A DNA stretch of 43,223 nucleotides from Eubacteriales bacterium (GTDB taxonomy: Bacteria; Bacillota; Clostridia; Oscillospirales; SIG627): positions 1 through 43,223 of the forward strand of contig JAZRZQ010000065.1 of NCBI GenBank assembly GCA_045601445.1. Direction: 5' to 3'. This document shows, piece by piece, positions 8,261 to 18,058 of this stretch (position 1 is the first letter of the stretch; each line of letters begins with the position of its first letter). A model generated the notes under the pieces. It saw nothing but the letters and a program-made list of their open reading frames with translations. It searched no databases and was not told the origin of the DNA. A program made the position numbers and the translations under genes.

Positions 8261-10021
8261 ATGCCATTTGACGCATTTATGACAGCAGCGCTCACAAAGG
8301 AGCTGTCAGATCTTTTAACAGGCCTAAAGGTCGATCGCATCAATCAGCCGGAGCGTGATGAGATTGACTTGCTCTTTCACCGAAAAGGTGCAGACCGTCT
8401 GATTATTAACTGTACGGCATCTACTCCTTACGTTGCGCTTTCTTCCACTTCGCGTGAAAATCCCGCAACGCCGCCGATGATCTGTATGCTTCTTCGTAAG
8501 CATCTTTCGCGCGCAAAAATTACCTCCATTCGCCAAATCGGATTTGATCGAACACTTGAGATCGAGTTTGATTCCGGTGACGAGCTTGGCTTCCGCAAGA
8601 CCAAATATCTCTACTGTGAAATGATGGGTAGAGGATCGAACCTTATTTTCGTGGATGAGAGCGGTGTGATTCTTGCTGCTTTTCGTCAAAACGACATTAC
8701 AACCAAGTTTGATCGTGTCGTTATGGTTGGCGTTCCGTACCGTCCCATGCCCATGCCCGACAAACAAGATCCCGTTACCTGTACCGAGGAGGTATTTATC
8801 GAACTTTTTTCCAATGCTAACCCCGAAACGAGGGCGGATTTGTTTATTCAGCATCAGTTTTCCGGCTTTGGAAAACTAACTGCCAGAGAAGTGGTCTATT
8901 TGGCCGATGCGGATCCGGAAGCACCTCTTCAATCAATTTCTCCCGATTTGCTCTGGAAAGCGTTTTCCAAGGTTGTTGATCGAGTGAAACAGAATGACTA
9001 TTCTCCCGTTTTGGTCTATTCCTCGCACGAAGCGTTGGATGCCGGAGACGCCCCCATCGATTTTTCTTTTATGCCGATCACGCACCTTCAAAAGCCTTTT
9101 GTCGTTATGCCTTGCCCATCGCCCTCTCTTGCCATTGAAGGCTTTTATTCGATGCGCAATCAATTAGAGCGGCATAAGCAGCACTATAACGATATATCTT
9201 TGATTTTAAAGAATTGTCGCAATCGTTTGGAGAAAAAAATTGCTGCACAAAAAATTCAATATCAGGAAGCACTGGATGCGGAGGATCAAAAGCTTAAGGG
9301 TGATCTGATTATGCAAGAGCTGTATCGGATCAAAAAGGCAGATCGTGAGGTCGTTGCAATCAACTATGCCAAGACCCCGCCCGAGGAGGTTCGCATTCTT
9401 TTGGATCCGAAATTGTCTGGGCCTCAAAATGCACAGAAGTATTATCGCGAGTATTCAAAAAAGAAGACGGCTCTTGTTAAAATCCTTGAACAGATTCAAA
9501 TTGCAGAATCCGAATTGGCGTACGTTCAAAGCGTTTTTTCCACGTTGGAAACGGCAACAACTGCTTCCGATCTTCAAGAGATTCGATTGGAGCTGTCCCA
9601 TTGGAGCTACGGTCGCAGACTTACCTCAAGTTTAAAAAAGCCCCAGCTTCGCCCAAAAAAAGCAAAGCCGCGTGAATGCAAAACGGAAAATGATTTCACG
9701 GTTTACGTCGGCATGAATAATTTTCAAAACGACACGGTTTCCGTATCTCTTGCGTCTCCTAATGATCTTTGGTTTCACGTGAAGAATTATCACGGCAGTC
9801 ACGTTCTTCTGAAGGCGGAGCACGATCGCGCTTTTTCCGATTCTGACGTGGAATTCGCCGCTTCGCTTGCTGCTTTCTATTCGGAATGCAGGGACGCCGA
9901 TCGTGTTGAGGTTGATTACACATTCGCAAAATTCATCAAGAAGCCGAACGGTGCTAAGCCCGGCTTTGTCACCTATAAGAATCATAAAACCTGTCTTGTA
10001 AAGCCCGAAAGTATGAAATAA
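8261..10021 (+). CDS. rqcH: ribosome quality-control protein RqcH (NFACT / FbpA family)
   Basis: N-terminus MPFDAFMTAALTKEL, a central coiled coil, and C-terminal NFACT-R/DUF814 (WFHVKNYHGSHVLLK). Start moved from 8180 to ATG 8261. Confidence 0.85.
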   Translation: MPFDAFMTAALTKELSDLLTGLKVDRINQPERDEIDLLFHRKGADRLIINCTASTPYVALSSTSRENPATPPMICMLLRKHLSRAKITSIRQIGFDRTLEIEFDSGDELGFRKTKYLYCEMMGRGSNLIFVDESGVILAAFRQNDITTKFDRVVMVGVPYRPMPMPDKQDPVTCTEEVFIELFSNANPETRADLFIQHQFSGFGKLTAREVVYLADADPEAPLQSISPDLLWKAFSKVVDRVKQNDYSPVLVYSSHEALDAGDAPIDFSFMPITHLQKPFVVMPCPSPSLAIEGFYSMRNQLERHKQHYNDISLILKNCRNRLEKKIAAQKIQYQEALDAEDQKLKGDLIMQELYRIKKADREVVAINYAKTPPEEVRILLDPKLSGPQNAQKYYREYSKKKTALVKILEQIQIAESELAYVQSVFSTLETATTASDLQEIRLELSHWSYGRRLTSSLKKPQLRPKKAKPRECKTENDFTVYVGMNNFQNDTVSVSLASPNDLWFHVKNYHGSHVLLKAEHDRAFSDSDVEFAASLAAFYSECRDADRVEVDYTFAKFIKKPNGAKPGFVTYKNHKTCLVKPESMK

Positions 10022-10075
10022 GACTTGTATTTTTTATAAAAATCGTTTACAATGTCTTTGTTTGGAGGTGATGGA

Positions 10076-10501
10076 ATGCGGCGTGAATATTATAGTAAAA
10101 GCGAGCGTGAAACAGAAGCAATCGGTGCTGAAATTGCTCGAAGCTGTAAGCAACACGATTTCATTGCTATGCGCGGTGAAATGGGAAGCGGCAAGACCGT
10201 TTTTATGCGCGGCTTTGTCTCCGTCTTTGCGCCGGATGCATTGGTCACCAGCCCCACTTACGCTATTTTGAACGTATATGAAGGCGAGGACATTTGTGTC
10301 AATCATTTCGATTTATATCGGGTTACCGATGAAGACGATTTGATATCTACCGGCTACGAGGAAGTGATTCGAAACGGAATAACCGTGTGCGAGTGGTCGG
10401 AAAACATTCCGGAGGCTCTACCTGCAAACTATCTTCGCATCACCTTTGAAAAGCTCGGCGAAAACGAGAGAAGACTGATCGTTGAAGAGGTGGTTCGATG
10501 A
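10076..10501 (+). CDS. tsaE: tRNA t6A biosynthesis ATPase TsaE
   Basis: P-loop GEMGSGKT plus SPTYAI and HFDLYR motifs. GGAGGTG RBS lies 5 nt before ATG 10076. Confidence 0.85.
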   Translation: MRREYYSKSERETEAIGAEIARSCKQHDFIAMRGEMGSGKTVFMRGFVSVFAPDALVTSPTYAILNVYEGEDICVNHFDLYRVTDEDDLISTGYEEVIRNGITVCEWSENIPEALPANYLRITFEKLGENERRLIVEEVVR

Positions 10502-11193
10502 TTGTGCTTGGGATCGATACTTCCGCGGTCACCTGTTCGGTAGCATTGATGGTGGATGACTGCATAAAAGCTTCGTTTTCCGAGACGAACGGATTGACAC
10601 ATAGTGAAACGCTCCTCCCCGCCATCTCTGACGTATTAAAGAGGGCAGAGGTTTCGATCGAGGACCTTGACGTGATTGCGGTCGCCGCAGGACCCGGTTC
10701 ATTTACCGGTCTTCGCATCGGCATCTCTACGGTTAAGGGCCTTGCGATCCGACACAGCATTCCCTGTGCCGCCGTGTCAACGCTCGAAGGGCTTGCGATG
10801 AACGCTGCCGATTACGGTGGAAAGACGGTTTGCGCTCTTATGGATGCCAGACGCAATGAGTTTTATCAGGCTCATTTTGTCATAAACGATCGTATTCCTT
10901 GTCGATTGATTGAGGATCGAGCTGTTGATATTGATCGGATATGCGCGGATCTGCCTTTGAGTGAGGATCTTATTTTGCTCGGTGACGGTGCGGAAAAGTT
11001 TGTTTCGCTAAAGCCTGAATATGCACCTTGCCTCGCGCCCGATGCCTATCGTCTGCAATCCGCGGAAAGCATAGCCATTCTTGGCGGGCGAGAAGCAAAC
11101 AAAAATCGCTTGATTGATTGCCGCGCGCTCTATCCCCTGTATTTGAGACTGCCGCAGGCAGAGCGTGAGTGGCAGGAAAAACATAAATCATAA
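10498..11193 (+). CDS. tsaB: tRNA t6A biosynthesis protein TsaB
   Basis: MIVLGIDTS... and GPGSFTGLRIG motifs. The start overlaps the tsaE stop by 4 nt. Confidence 0.85.
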   Translation: MIVLGIDTSAVTCSVALMVDDCIKASFSETNGLTHSETLLPAISDVLKRAEVSIEDLDVIAVAAGPGSFTGLRIGISTVKGLAIRHSIPCAAVSTLEGLAMNAADYGGKTVCALMDARRNEFYQAHFVINDRIPCRLIEDRAVDIDRICADLPLSEDLILLGDGAEKFVSLKPEYAPCLAPDAYRLQSAESIAILGGREANKNRLIDCRALYPLYLRLPQAEREWQEKHKS

Positions 11194-11208
11194 AATGAAT
11201 GAAGGAGA

Positions 11209-11652
11209 ATGAAAATGATTGTACTTGGATCAGATCACGCCGGAGATGAATTGAAACAGCATATTAAAGCTTATTTTGATGAAAAGGGAATCGAATACGT
11301 CGATCTCGGCTTTCACGAATTGAAGCGCGACGATGATTATCCCATCATTGCGAAAGAAGTTGCTCGTTACGTTCAAAGCGGGAAGGCTGAAAAGGGAATG
11401 CTCTTCTGCGGCACCGGAATTGGTATGAGCATCTGCGCTAATAAGTTTAAAAACGTTCGAGCGGTGGTTGCTTCTGATATGTTTTCGGTTCGCCATTGCC
11501 GCCTCCACAATGATGCCAATATTCTCTGTATGGGCGCGAGGGTCATGGCGCGCGGCCTTGCCGTTGACCTGACTGAAATTTTCCTGAATACGCAGTTTGA
11601 AGGCGGCAGACATGCCAAGCGCGTGGCAATGTTTGAAGAAAACCTTGATTAA
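11209..11652 (+). CDS. rpiB: ribose-5-phosphate isomerase B
   Basis: MIVLGSDHAG, CGTGIGMSICANK and RHCRLHNDANILCMG are typical RpiB/LacAB motifs. Confidence 0.9.
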   Translation: MKMIVLGSDHAGDELKQHIKAYFDEKGIEYVDLGFHELKRDDDYPIIAKEVARYVQSGKAEKGMLFCGTGIGMSICANKFKNVRAVVASDMFSVRHCRLHNDANILCMGARVMARGLAVDLTEIFLNTQFEGGRHAKRVAMFEENLD

Positions 11653-11656
11653 ACGC

Positions 11657-11685
11657 TTGCATTAGCGCTTGTTCTATGTTAGAAT
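11657..11685 (+). promoter_or_regulatory. sigma-A-type promoter TTGCAT-17-TAGAAT upstream of the SRP RNA
   Basis: Hexamers at 11657-11662 and 11680-11685, with TG at 11677-11678. Confidence 0.45.
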
Positions 11686-11717
11686 AAACTCATACGAATT
11701 GATGCAGGATGCAAAAT

Positions 11718-11988
11718 AAGGTCGCACTATCCGGGGAGTCAGCGGTGCCTTGTACCCTCAATCCGCTATAGAGGGGGAGATGCCCTTTTAAGGGGAGCGA
11801 TCGTGTTGCAGCCTCTTTCAGAGAAGCGTAGAGAATTGGGTCTTGTGCAATTGAATGCCGTGAATCATGTCAGGTGGGGAACCAAGCAGCATTAAGCGGA
11901 AGTTTCGATGTGCCACGAGGGTGCCTTATTTGAGCCGATTTGGGGAGAAGCGAATATTTTCGTTTTTTCGAGAAAGGGTGTGCGATCT
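11718..11988 (+). ncRNA. ffs: signal recognition particle RNA, long Bacillus-type (scRNA/ffs) with an Alu-like domain
   Basis: The conserved domain IV sequence GTCAGGTGGGGAACCAAGCAGC is at 11869-11890. The 5' region GGTCGCACTATCCGGGGAGTCAGCGGTGCCTTGTACC resembles B. subtilis scRNA. The gene sits just upstream of dnaX, as in Bacillus. The ends are approximate (+/- 10 nt). Confidence 0.85.
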
Positions 11989-12019
11989 TATTTTGCCTCC
12001 TGCATTTTAGGTGAACGCA

Positions 12020-13558
12020 ATGTATCAGGCTTTGTATCGAAAATATCGACCGTCAAATTTTTCCGACGTTTGCGGGCAGGATCATATCACTTCCGTTTTG
12101 AAATCTCAACTTCAAAACGGGAGAGTTTCTCACGCCTATATGTTTTGCGGTTCGCGCGGTACGGGAAAAACGACCTGCGCGAAGATCCTGGCCAAAGCAG
12201 TTAACTGTGAGGATCTTCAAAACGGCGAGCCCTGCAATCGTTGTTCGTCTTGTCTTGCCATTAATGAAGAACGGGTGCTGGACGTTGTTGAGATGGATGC
12301 CGCAAGTAATAACGGTGTCGATCATATCCGCAGGCTTTGCGATGAAGTTCAGTATCTTCCCTCGGAGGTAAAAAAGCGCGTTTATATCATTGATGAGGTG
12401 CACATGCTGTCTACCAGTGCTTTTAATGCCTTGCTCAAAACGATTGAAGAACCTCCGAGTCACGTTTTATTCATTTTGGCAACGACTGAAATGAATGATA
12501 TTCCCGCGACCATTATGTCCCGTTGCCAGCGATTTGATTTTAAGCGAATTCTGCCGAGTGTTATCTGCGATCGCCTTCTTGAGATCGCAAAAGCGGAATC
12601 TATTCCGCTTGAGAAGGATGCGGCTCATGTGATCGCACGCTTGTCTGACGGTGCAATGCGTGATGCGCTCAGCTTATTAGAAGGCTGTCAGGGGAGAGAT
12701 CAAACCATCACAGCCGAGCTTTTGCATTCCATTCTCGGACTTGGTAATCGCGGCAACGTTATTGCACTTGCACGCGCAATTGCAGAGCGCGATGCTTCTC
12801 TTTGTTTATCACTTGTACAAGAGATTTACGATCAGATGAGTGACTTTAAGGAAGTGCTCTCACAACTCTTGGCCGTGTATCGTGATCTTTTAGTTCTTTC
12901 CTGCGTTCCCGATTCGCAAAAATTTGTGGAGGCCTATGAAAATGAGCTTCCTCTCCTTCAAGAGATTTCCAAGCTTCATTCGAGCGAGAGTATTCTTTAT
13001 CAAGCCCAGCTTTTGGAGGATTTTTATGCGGTCTACGATCGGATCGCAAACGAAAAGAAGGCTTCTGTTGAGATTTTGATGATTCGCCTTTGCTCACCGA
13101 TGCTTAATTCCTCAAACGAGGCGATTTTGGCAAGACTCTCCGATCTTGAGCGAGCAGGCGTTGTGACTCGTTCGAGCCCTGCCATAGAGTCGACGACCGT
13201 TTCGATTGAAAAGCCGTTTTCAGATGGCGCGGTTCTTCGATCCGACCACGTCGTCTTAGAAGAAGAGCAGGAGGATGCTTCCGCCAATGACACTTCATTT
13301 CGCGAATTGGTTTTGAAAAATGCTCTTCAGGATCAGGCGTTCATCAAGCCATGGCTACCGCAGATTAGCTTTTCAAAGTCTGATGCAACGCTTCGTGTTC
13401 TATCAACTCCCTTTGTTAAGGGGATTCTTTCGGCATCGGGCGCATCCGAGCTGATCCTCAACGCCGCAAAGGAGTTGCATCCTGAAATTACAAGCATTGT
13501 CTTTGAAGAAAAAACGATAGAGCCCCACCGGAAGGATACGGGACTTGAAGATTTATAA
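12020..13558 (+). CDS. dnaX: DNA polymerase III subunit gamma/tau
   Basis: MYQALYRKYRP, GSRGTGKTT, zinc module CNRCSSC, Walker B YIIDEVHM and sensor SRCQRF. Start set at ATG 12020 after AGGTGA. Confidence 0.93.
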   Translation: MYQALYRKYRPSNFSDVCGQDHITSVLKSQLQNGRVSHAYMFCGSRGTGKTTCAKILAKAVNCEDLQNGEPCNRCSSCLAINEERVLDVVEMDAASNNGVDHIRRLCDEVQYLPSEVKKRVYIIDEVHMLSTSAFNALLKTIEEPPSHVLFILATTEMNDIPATIMSRCQRFDFKRILPSVICDRLLEIAKAESIPLEKDAAHVIARLSDGAMRDALSLLEGCQGRDQTITAELLHSILGLGNRGNVIALARAIAERDASLCLSLVQEIYDQMSDFKEVLSQLLAVYRDLLVLSCVPDSQKFVEAYENELPLLQEISKLHSSESILYQAQLLEDFYAVYDRIANEKKASVEILMIRLCSPMLNSSNEAILARLSDLERAGVVTRSSPAIESTTVSIEKPFSDGAVLRSDHVVLEEEQEDASANDTSFRELVLKNALQDQAFIKPWLPQISFSKSDATLRVLSTPFVKGILSASGASELILNAAKELHPEITSIVFEEKTIEPHRKDTGLEDL

Positions 13559-13570
13559 GGAGAAAAGATT

Positions 13571-13918
13571 ATGAAGGCAAGATTACCGCAAGGAATGGGA
13601 AAAGGGCCGTCCAGCCAAAAGGATATGCTTCGTCAAATGCAGAAGATGCAGCAGGATATGGAAACGCTTCAAGTTGATTTGGAAGCGCGCGAATATGAGG
13701 TAGCGGCAGGCGGCGGAGTTTGCAAAATTGTCATTGACGGCAAAAAAGTAATCCGTTCCATCACGCTCGATCCTGTGATCGTAGATCCCGATGATTTGGA
13801 AACCCTGCAGGACATTCTGGTTGCAGGAGTGAATGAGGCCGTTCGCAGAGTCGAAGATACCAACAATTCCGAAATGTCTAAAATTACCGGAAATCTTTCG
13901 ATTCCGGGTATTCTCTGA
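13571..13918 (+). CDS. ybaB: YbaB/EbfC-family nucleoid-associated protein
   Basis: Size is 115 aa. It has a Q/M-rich N-terminus, and it sits in the conserved position between dnaX and recR. Confidence 0.9.
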   Translation: MKARLPQGMGKGPSSQKDMLRQMQKMQQDMETLQVDLEAREYEVAAGGGVCKIVIDGKKVIRSITLDPVIVDPDDLETLQDILVAGVNEAVRRVEDTNNSEMSKITGNLSIPGIL

Positions 13919-14517
13919 TGCTTGGCTTTACCCCCGCCCTCGAAAGATTGGTAGAGCATTTTCGAACGTTCCCGGGTGTAGGATATAAGTCTGCCGTACG
14001 GATGGCTTTTTGTGTTTTGGAAATGTCAGAGGATAAAGCATCGGATTTTGCCAATGCCATTCTTGAGGCAAAGGAAAAGATCGGTCATTGTTCTGTTTGT
14101 CAGGACATTAGTGAAACACCGATTTGTCCCATTTGCTCCGACCCCGCCCGCGACCGAAGCGTGATTTGTGTTGTAGAGAGTCCCAAGGACGTGCTCGCCA
14201 TTGAAAAGATCAACGATTTCAGAGGCCTTTTTCACGTTCTTGGCGGTCTGATTAACCCGATCGAAGGTGTCGGGCCGGATGAACTGAAGATCAAGGAGCT
14301 GATCGCTCGTCTTAATGATCCCGATCTTAAGGAGATCATTGTTGCCACAAACCCCAGCATTGAAGGCGAGGCGACGGCAATGTATCTCTCCCGTTTGATT
14401 CGCCCGTTTGGTATTCGAACCACTCGCTTGGCTTATGGCTTGCCTGCAGGCGGTGAGCTTGAGTATGCGGATGAATTAACTTTGTATAAAGCGCTTGAGG
14501 GCAGAAGAGAAATTTAG
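13918..14517 (+). CDS. recR: recombination protein RecR
   Basis: HhH N-terminus, Cys4 finger CSVCQDISETPICPIC, and Toprim segment VICVVESPKD. The ATG overlaps the ybaB TGA by 1 nt. Confidence 0.93.
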   Translation: MLGFTPALERLVEHFRTFPGVGYKSAVRMAFCVLEMSEDKASDFANAILEAKEKIGHCSVCQDISETPICPICSDPARDRSVICVVESPKDVLAIEKINDFRGLFHVLGGLINPIEGVGPDELKIKELIARLNDPDLKEIIVATNPSIEGEATAMYLSRLIRPFGIRTTRLAYGLPAGGELEYADELTLYKALEGRREI

Positions 14518-14523
14518 CGATAA

Positions 14524-14558
14524 TAAAAAAGCAGCAGATTAGATCTGCTGCCTTTTTA
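14524..14558. terminator. bidirectional intrinsic terminator between recR and the DUF378 gene
   Basis: 9-bp stem GCAGCAGAT/ATCTGCTGC (14531-14551), flanked by an A-run (14524-14530) and a T-run (14553-14557). Confidence 0.75.
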
Positions 14559-14564
14559 TTTCGA

Positions 14565-14780
14565 TCAGAGATTATCAGATGTGCTCAGCCGTTCGCTCTT
14601 TTTAAAGAGGATCGAAATACACCAAAGGGCACAAAGCCCAACCAGCGTAAAAATGATCCGTGCAACAATGTGCGCCATCCCCGGGAAAATCCAGGATACG
14701 ATATCAAAATTGAAAAGTCCAATGCTTCCCCAGTTCAGTCCACCGATAATCAGGATGATCAATGCAATTCTGTCAAGCAT
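14565..14780 (-). CDS. DUF378-family small membrane protein
   Basis: MLDRIALIILIIGGLNWGSIGLFNFDIV matches the DUF378 pattern as I recall it. Start set at ATG 14780, 7 nt after AAGAGG. Confidence 0.75.
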   Translation of the reverse strand: MLDRIALIILIIGGLNWGSIGLFNFDIVSWIFPGMAHIVARIIFTLVGLCALWCISILFKKSERLSTSDNL

Positions 14781-14813
14781 ATTCATACCTCTTATTGATT
14801 TGCTGAAGGATAT

Positions 14814-14856
14814 AAAAAAGGTCATATATCCCGTAAATATTATGACCCTTTTTTTG
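14814..14856. terminator. hairpin with flanking A and T runs after the DUF4097 gene
   Basis: Stem GGTCATA/TATGACC (14820-14847) with a 14-nt loop, an A-run before it and a T-run after it. The long loop lowers confidence. Confidence 0.4.
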
Positions 14857-14876
14857 TATTTGATGGTTGGAAATTT

Positions 14877-15824
14877 TTATTTTATTTTGATGCTTCCCAC
14901 AACAACGCTCGATGAAACTCTTGAAGTCGTGTTGGAGGGCTGTTTCAGTTCCGATCCGACGGCTTCTTCTTCGGAATAGACAGATCCGAGCGTCGTAGAA
15001 AGACTGAGTTTGTAGCTCTCAAGCGGCAAATTGCAAATAACGTTAACCGAGCCGACCCAAGCGTCTAAAACCGTTACCGTGTTCGGATCGTCGGAAAGGG
15101 TAGCTGAAATCTTTCCGCTTTTTATGGAGGCGTTACAGGAAGCATATTGATTGTTTTCGAGAATGATTGAACCGCTTTGAGCGTTGCAAGTGATCTTGGA
15201 TTCCGGATTGGAAAGATTCTTGAGCAGAACCTTTCCTGAAAATGAATCAATATTGATCAGATCAACAGATAGCGAGTCAAGCGTTACCGAACCGATCTTT
15301 GAGCGAACGTTAATAGAGGAGATCGAGTCGTTTTCGTTTAAATAAACCGTGACGGTTTTTCCGGAGTTTGCCGAGTTACCGGGTCCGAAAATCTGTCTTA
15401 GTCCCTTAAAAGAGAATCCGTTGTCGTCAATATACAGTCCGAAAAAACCGACGGGGTCGATCTCGCGGATTTCAAGAGTTTCGCCGACGATACAAACGGA
15501 AAGGTTAGACGTGTTTGTGTGGTTAAGAGTAACGTGCGTCTCGCCGTTTGTCGGTATAACGACGATATCCCCTGCGTATGAGCTGAGGTCAAGCTTGGTA
15601 AAGGGGCGCTCGGCCAAACCCTTGACGTAATTGGATTCAGGGGATTGAGAGAGGATCTCTTTCAAGGAAACGGTTTTATCCTCGATAATTTGCACGTTTT
15701 GCTTGACACCGAATGCATCAATTCCCAATGCGGTAACGTATATGGCAGAACCCAAAGAAAGCAGGAGACCGAAGGCAAGAAGGATCAAAGAGGTAATCAG
15801 TAAAGATTTGGTTGTCTTTTTCAT
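14877..15824 (-). CDS. DUF4097-family beta-strand repeat protein (putative adhesin fold) with an N-terminal TM anchor
   Basis: N-terminal TM LLITSLILLAFGLLLSLGSAI, followed by repeated G-x-V/I beta-strand segments (SGSIILEN, SGKISATL, VGSVNVIC, LGSVYS). Its start overlaps the upstream gene's stop by 4 nt. Confidence 0.7.
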   Translation of the reverse strand: MKKTTKSLLITSLILLAFGLLLSLGSAIYVTALGIDAFGVKQNVQIIEDKTVSLKEILSQSPESNYVKGLAERPFTKLDLSSYAGDIVVIPTNGETHVTLNHTNTSNLSVCIVGETLEIREIDPVGFFGLYIDDNGFSFKGLRQIFGPGNSANSGKTVTVYLNENDSISSINVRSKIGSVTLDSLSVDLINIDSFSGKVLLKNLSNPESKITCNAQSGSIILENNQYASCNASIKSGKISATLSDDPNTVTVLDAWVGSVNVICNLPLESYKLSLSTTLGSVYSEEEAVGSELKQPSNTTSRVSSSVVVGSIKIK

Positions 15825-17047
15825 ACCTTACCTCCGTAAACAAAAGCTATCATTGTCTTGAGATATTTTAAGAAATATTGCGTAATGCACTTGAGCGTTT
15901 TGGGAACGATAGAAAACAGAAATTCATAAATGATTGCCGCGCTCGCCGTGACAACACCAAATAAAATCGTTCCGATGCCAATCTCAATCAAACCAATCGC
16001 GACAGAATCGAAGAGGAGGGTAAAGCCGTAAACAAGCTCGATGATCCCCGCGACGATCAAACCGACCATTAAGATAAAAACGAGGACGGATACCAGAACA
16101 ATAACGACGGTGGAAATCAGATAAGCGAGTGCGCCAACAGATAAAAAAATGAAAAGAAATGGCAAGAGTGGGATTGACAGAAAAACGGTGGCGGCTTTTT
16201 TTGCTGCAGGAGAGTGCTTTTCGGCAGGGAAGAGACGGTTAAATAAGCCGACGTATTCCTTCTTGGGTTCCGGCTCTTTTGCCGTGGTATCTTCTTCAAG
16301 CGCGGATACCTCATCAGATTGAGGGGCATCTTCCGATAAGTTTTCTTCCTCGGTTGCGGGAATGGCATCAACAACGGTTGGCAAGACCAAGGGATCGTGA
16401 TCCAATGCTTTTGCCTCATCGAGCATTTTTTCGGCCTTTTCTTCCGGTTCGGCGAAGACTTCCTCGTCGTATGTCTTTGCTTTTTGTAACGTGTCAGCCT
16501 TGGCCTTGTCAATCTCCTCGGCGGAGAGTCCGTTTTCTTGATCCAAAGGCTCAAGAACGATCTCTTCGATCGGGGTCTGACGATCTTCGATAACGACCTT
16601 CTCGCCGTAAATTGGCTTGACCTCGCTTTTCTCCATCGAGTGAATGACCTCAGCACTCTCGCCTTGGGCGACGGGCTTCGTGAAGATCAAATCATCGTCC
16701 GAGGGCGAACCGGCATCCTCTTCGCTTGCGGTTTGGATCGTTTCAATTCGTGTCTGATCGTGCTCATCAATCGAAGCGTTGCCGGTCTTTTCGGATGAGT
16801 CGGTCGATTGAGTCGGCTCGGAAGGTGCCGCTGCTTGATTATTTTGGTGGAGAAGATGATAGCTTTGCTTGAGTCTTTGAGCAATATGCTCGGGCGAGCC
16901 GAAGGATTTGACAATCAGCTCCTCCTCCGTCAAGGTCACGACGTCTGATAGTTTTTTTTCATAGAACCGTGCAACGGTTTGCTTCTCTTCTTCTGTTAAA
17001 AAATCCAATTGAAACAGAAGACGTTTTAAAAAGGCAGTTCCGGTCAT
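15821..17047 (-). CDS. DUF1700-like membrane protein with a long acidic disordered linker and a C-terminal polytopic TM region
   Basis: The N-terminus FLKRLLFQLDFLTEEEKQTVARFYEKKL resembles DUF1700. An E/D/P/A-rich linker of about 200 aa follows, and 4-5 TM helices lie at the C-terminus. The start is uncertain (alternatives 17062 and 17074). Confidence 0.65.
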   Translation of the reverse strand: MTGTAFLKRLLFQLDFLTEEEKQTVARFYEKKLSDVVTLTEEELIVKSFGSPEHIAQRLKQSYHLLHQNNQAAAPSEPTQSTDSSEKTGNASIDEHDQTRIETIQTASEEDAGSPSDDDLIFTKPVAQGESAEVIHSMEKSEVKPIYGEKVVIEDRQTPIEEIVLEPLDQENGLSAEEIDKAKADTLQKAKTYDEEVFAEPEEKAEKMLDEAKALDHDPLVLPTVVDAIPATEEENLSEDAPQSDEVSALEEDTTAKEPEPKKEYVGLFNRLFPAEKHSPAAKKAATVFLSIPLLPFLFIFLSVGALAYLISTVVIVLVSVLVFILMVGLIVAGIIELVYGFTLLFDSVAIGLIEIGIGTILFGVVTASAAIIYEFLFSIVPKTLKCITQYFLKYLKTMIAFVYGGKV

Positions 17048-17147
17048 TATTTCACCACACATTTCATTTATCACTACCTATATTATGACATATTATCAGA
17101 GAAAAATCAAGAATCTGATCGTATTTGTTCCTTTTCTTTCGAATTAC

Positions 17148-17176
17148 TTGTCAACGTTAAAAAAATATGTTAAAAT
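17148..17176 (+). promoter_or_regulatory. sigma-A-type promoter TTGTCA-17-TAAAAT with an extended -10 TG, upstream of thyA
   Basis: Hexamers at 17148-17153 and 17171-17176, with TG at 17168-17169. Confidence 0.45.
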
Positions 17177-17203
17177 AATCAAAAAATTATCGGAGGATTC
17201 GTT

Positions 17204-18049
17204 ATGAGCCTTGCAGATCATATTTTCATCAATATGTGCCGAGATATTTTGGAAAACGGAACTGATACCCGAGGCGAAAAGGTGCGTCCTCATTGGGCGG
17301 ATGGTACGGCTGCCTACACCGTCAAGCGATTTGGAATCGTCAATCGCTATGATTTGTCCAAGGAGTTTCCCGCCATCACTTTGCGCAGAACCGCGCTGAA
17401 ATCCTGTGTGGATGAGATCCTTTGGATCTGGCAAAAAAAGAGTAATCGCATTGAGGATCTCTCCTCGCGTATTTGGGATTCTTGGGCCGATGAAGACGGT
17501 ACGATCGGGAAAGCATACGGTTATCAGCTTGCTCAGAAATATCAATTCAAGCAAGGCGTTATGGATCAGGTAGACAACGTGTTGTGGCAACTGAAAAACA
17601 CGCCGTTCTCCCGCAGGATTCTCACGAATCTTTATAATTTTTCCGATCTTCACGAGATGGGCCTTGAACCTTGTGCGTATTCGATGACATTCAACGTTAC
17701 TCAGGATTCCGCAGGAAACCTTGTTTTGAATTCCATTCTCAATCAGCGCTCCAGTGACGTTCTGACGGCAAACAATTGGAACGTTGTTCAGTACGCTGTT
17801 CTAACCCATATGTTTGCTCAAGTTTGTCAAATGAAGGTCGGCGAATTTGTTCACGTCATTGCCGATGCGCACATTTACGATCGACACATTCCTCTTGTTC
17901 GCGAGCTCATCTCCCGCGAACCCTTGCCCGCCCCTAAATTATGGATCAATCCCGACGTAACTGATTTTTATCAATTCAAAACAGAGGATATTCAGCTGAT
18001 TGATTATCTGACGCACGAACAGATCAAGAATATTCCCGTTGCAATCTAA
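17204..18049 (+). CDS. thyA: thymidylate synthase (ThyA)
   Basis: Catalytic segment LEPCAYSMTFNV, plus NQRSSD and DAHIYDRH motifs. It is followed by folA. Confidence 0.93.
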   Translation: MSLADHIFINMCRDILENGTDTRGEKVRPHWADGTAAYTVKRFGIVNRYDLSKEFPAITLRRTALKSCVDEILWIWQKKSNRIEDLSSRIWDSWADEDGTIGKAYGYQLAQKYQFKQGVMDQVDNVLWQLKNTPFSRRILTNLYNFSDLHEMGLEPCAYSMTFNVTQDSAGNLVLNSILNQRSSDVLTANNWNVVQYAVLTHMFAQVCQMKVGEFVHVIADAHIYDRHIPLVRELISREPLPAPKLWINPDVTDFYQFKTEDIQLIDYLTHEQIKNIPVAI

Positions 18050-18058
18050 GAGGTAATT

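Noticed and set aside
12370-12376. In-frame A-AAA-AAG heptamer in dnaX (the E. coli-type -1 frameshift slippery sequence)
   Set aside because: It sits at about codon 117, inside the AAA+ ATPase domain (SEVKKRVYIIDEVHM), not after domain III where gamma is made in E. coli. A shift here would give a non-functional fragment. It is probably coincidental.
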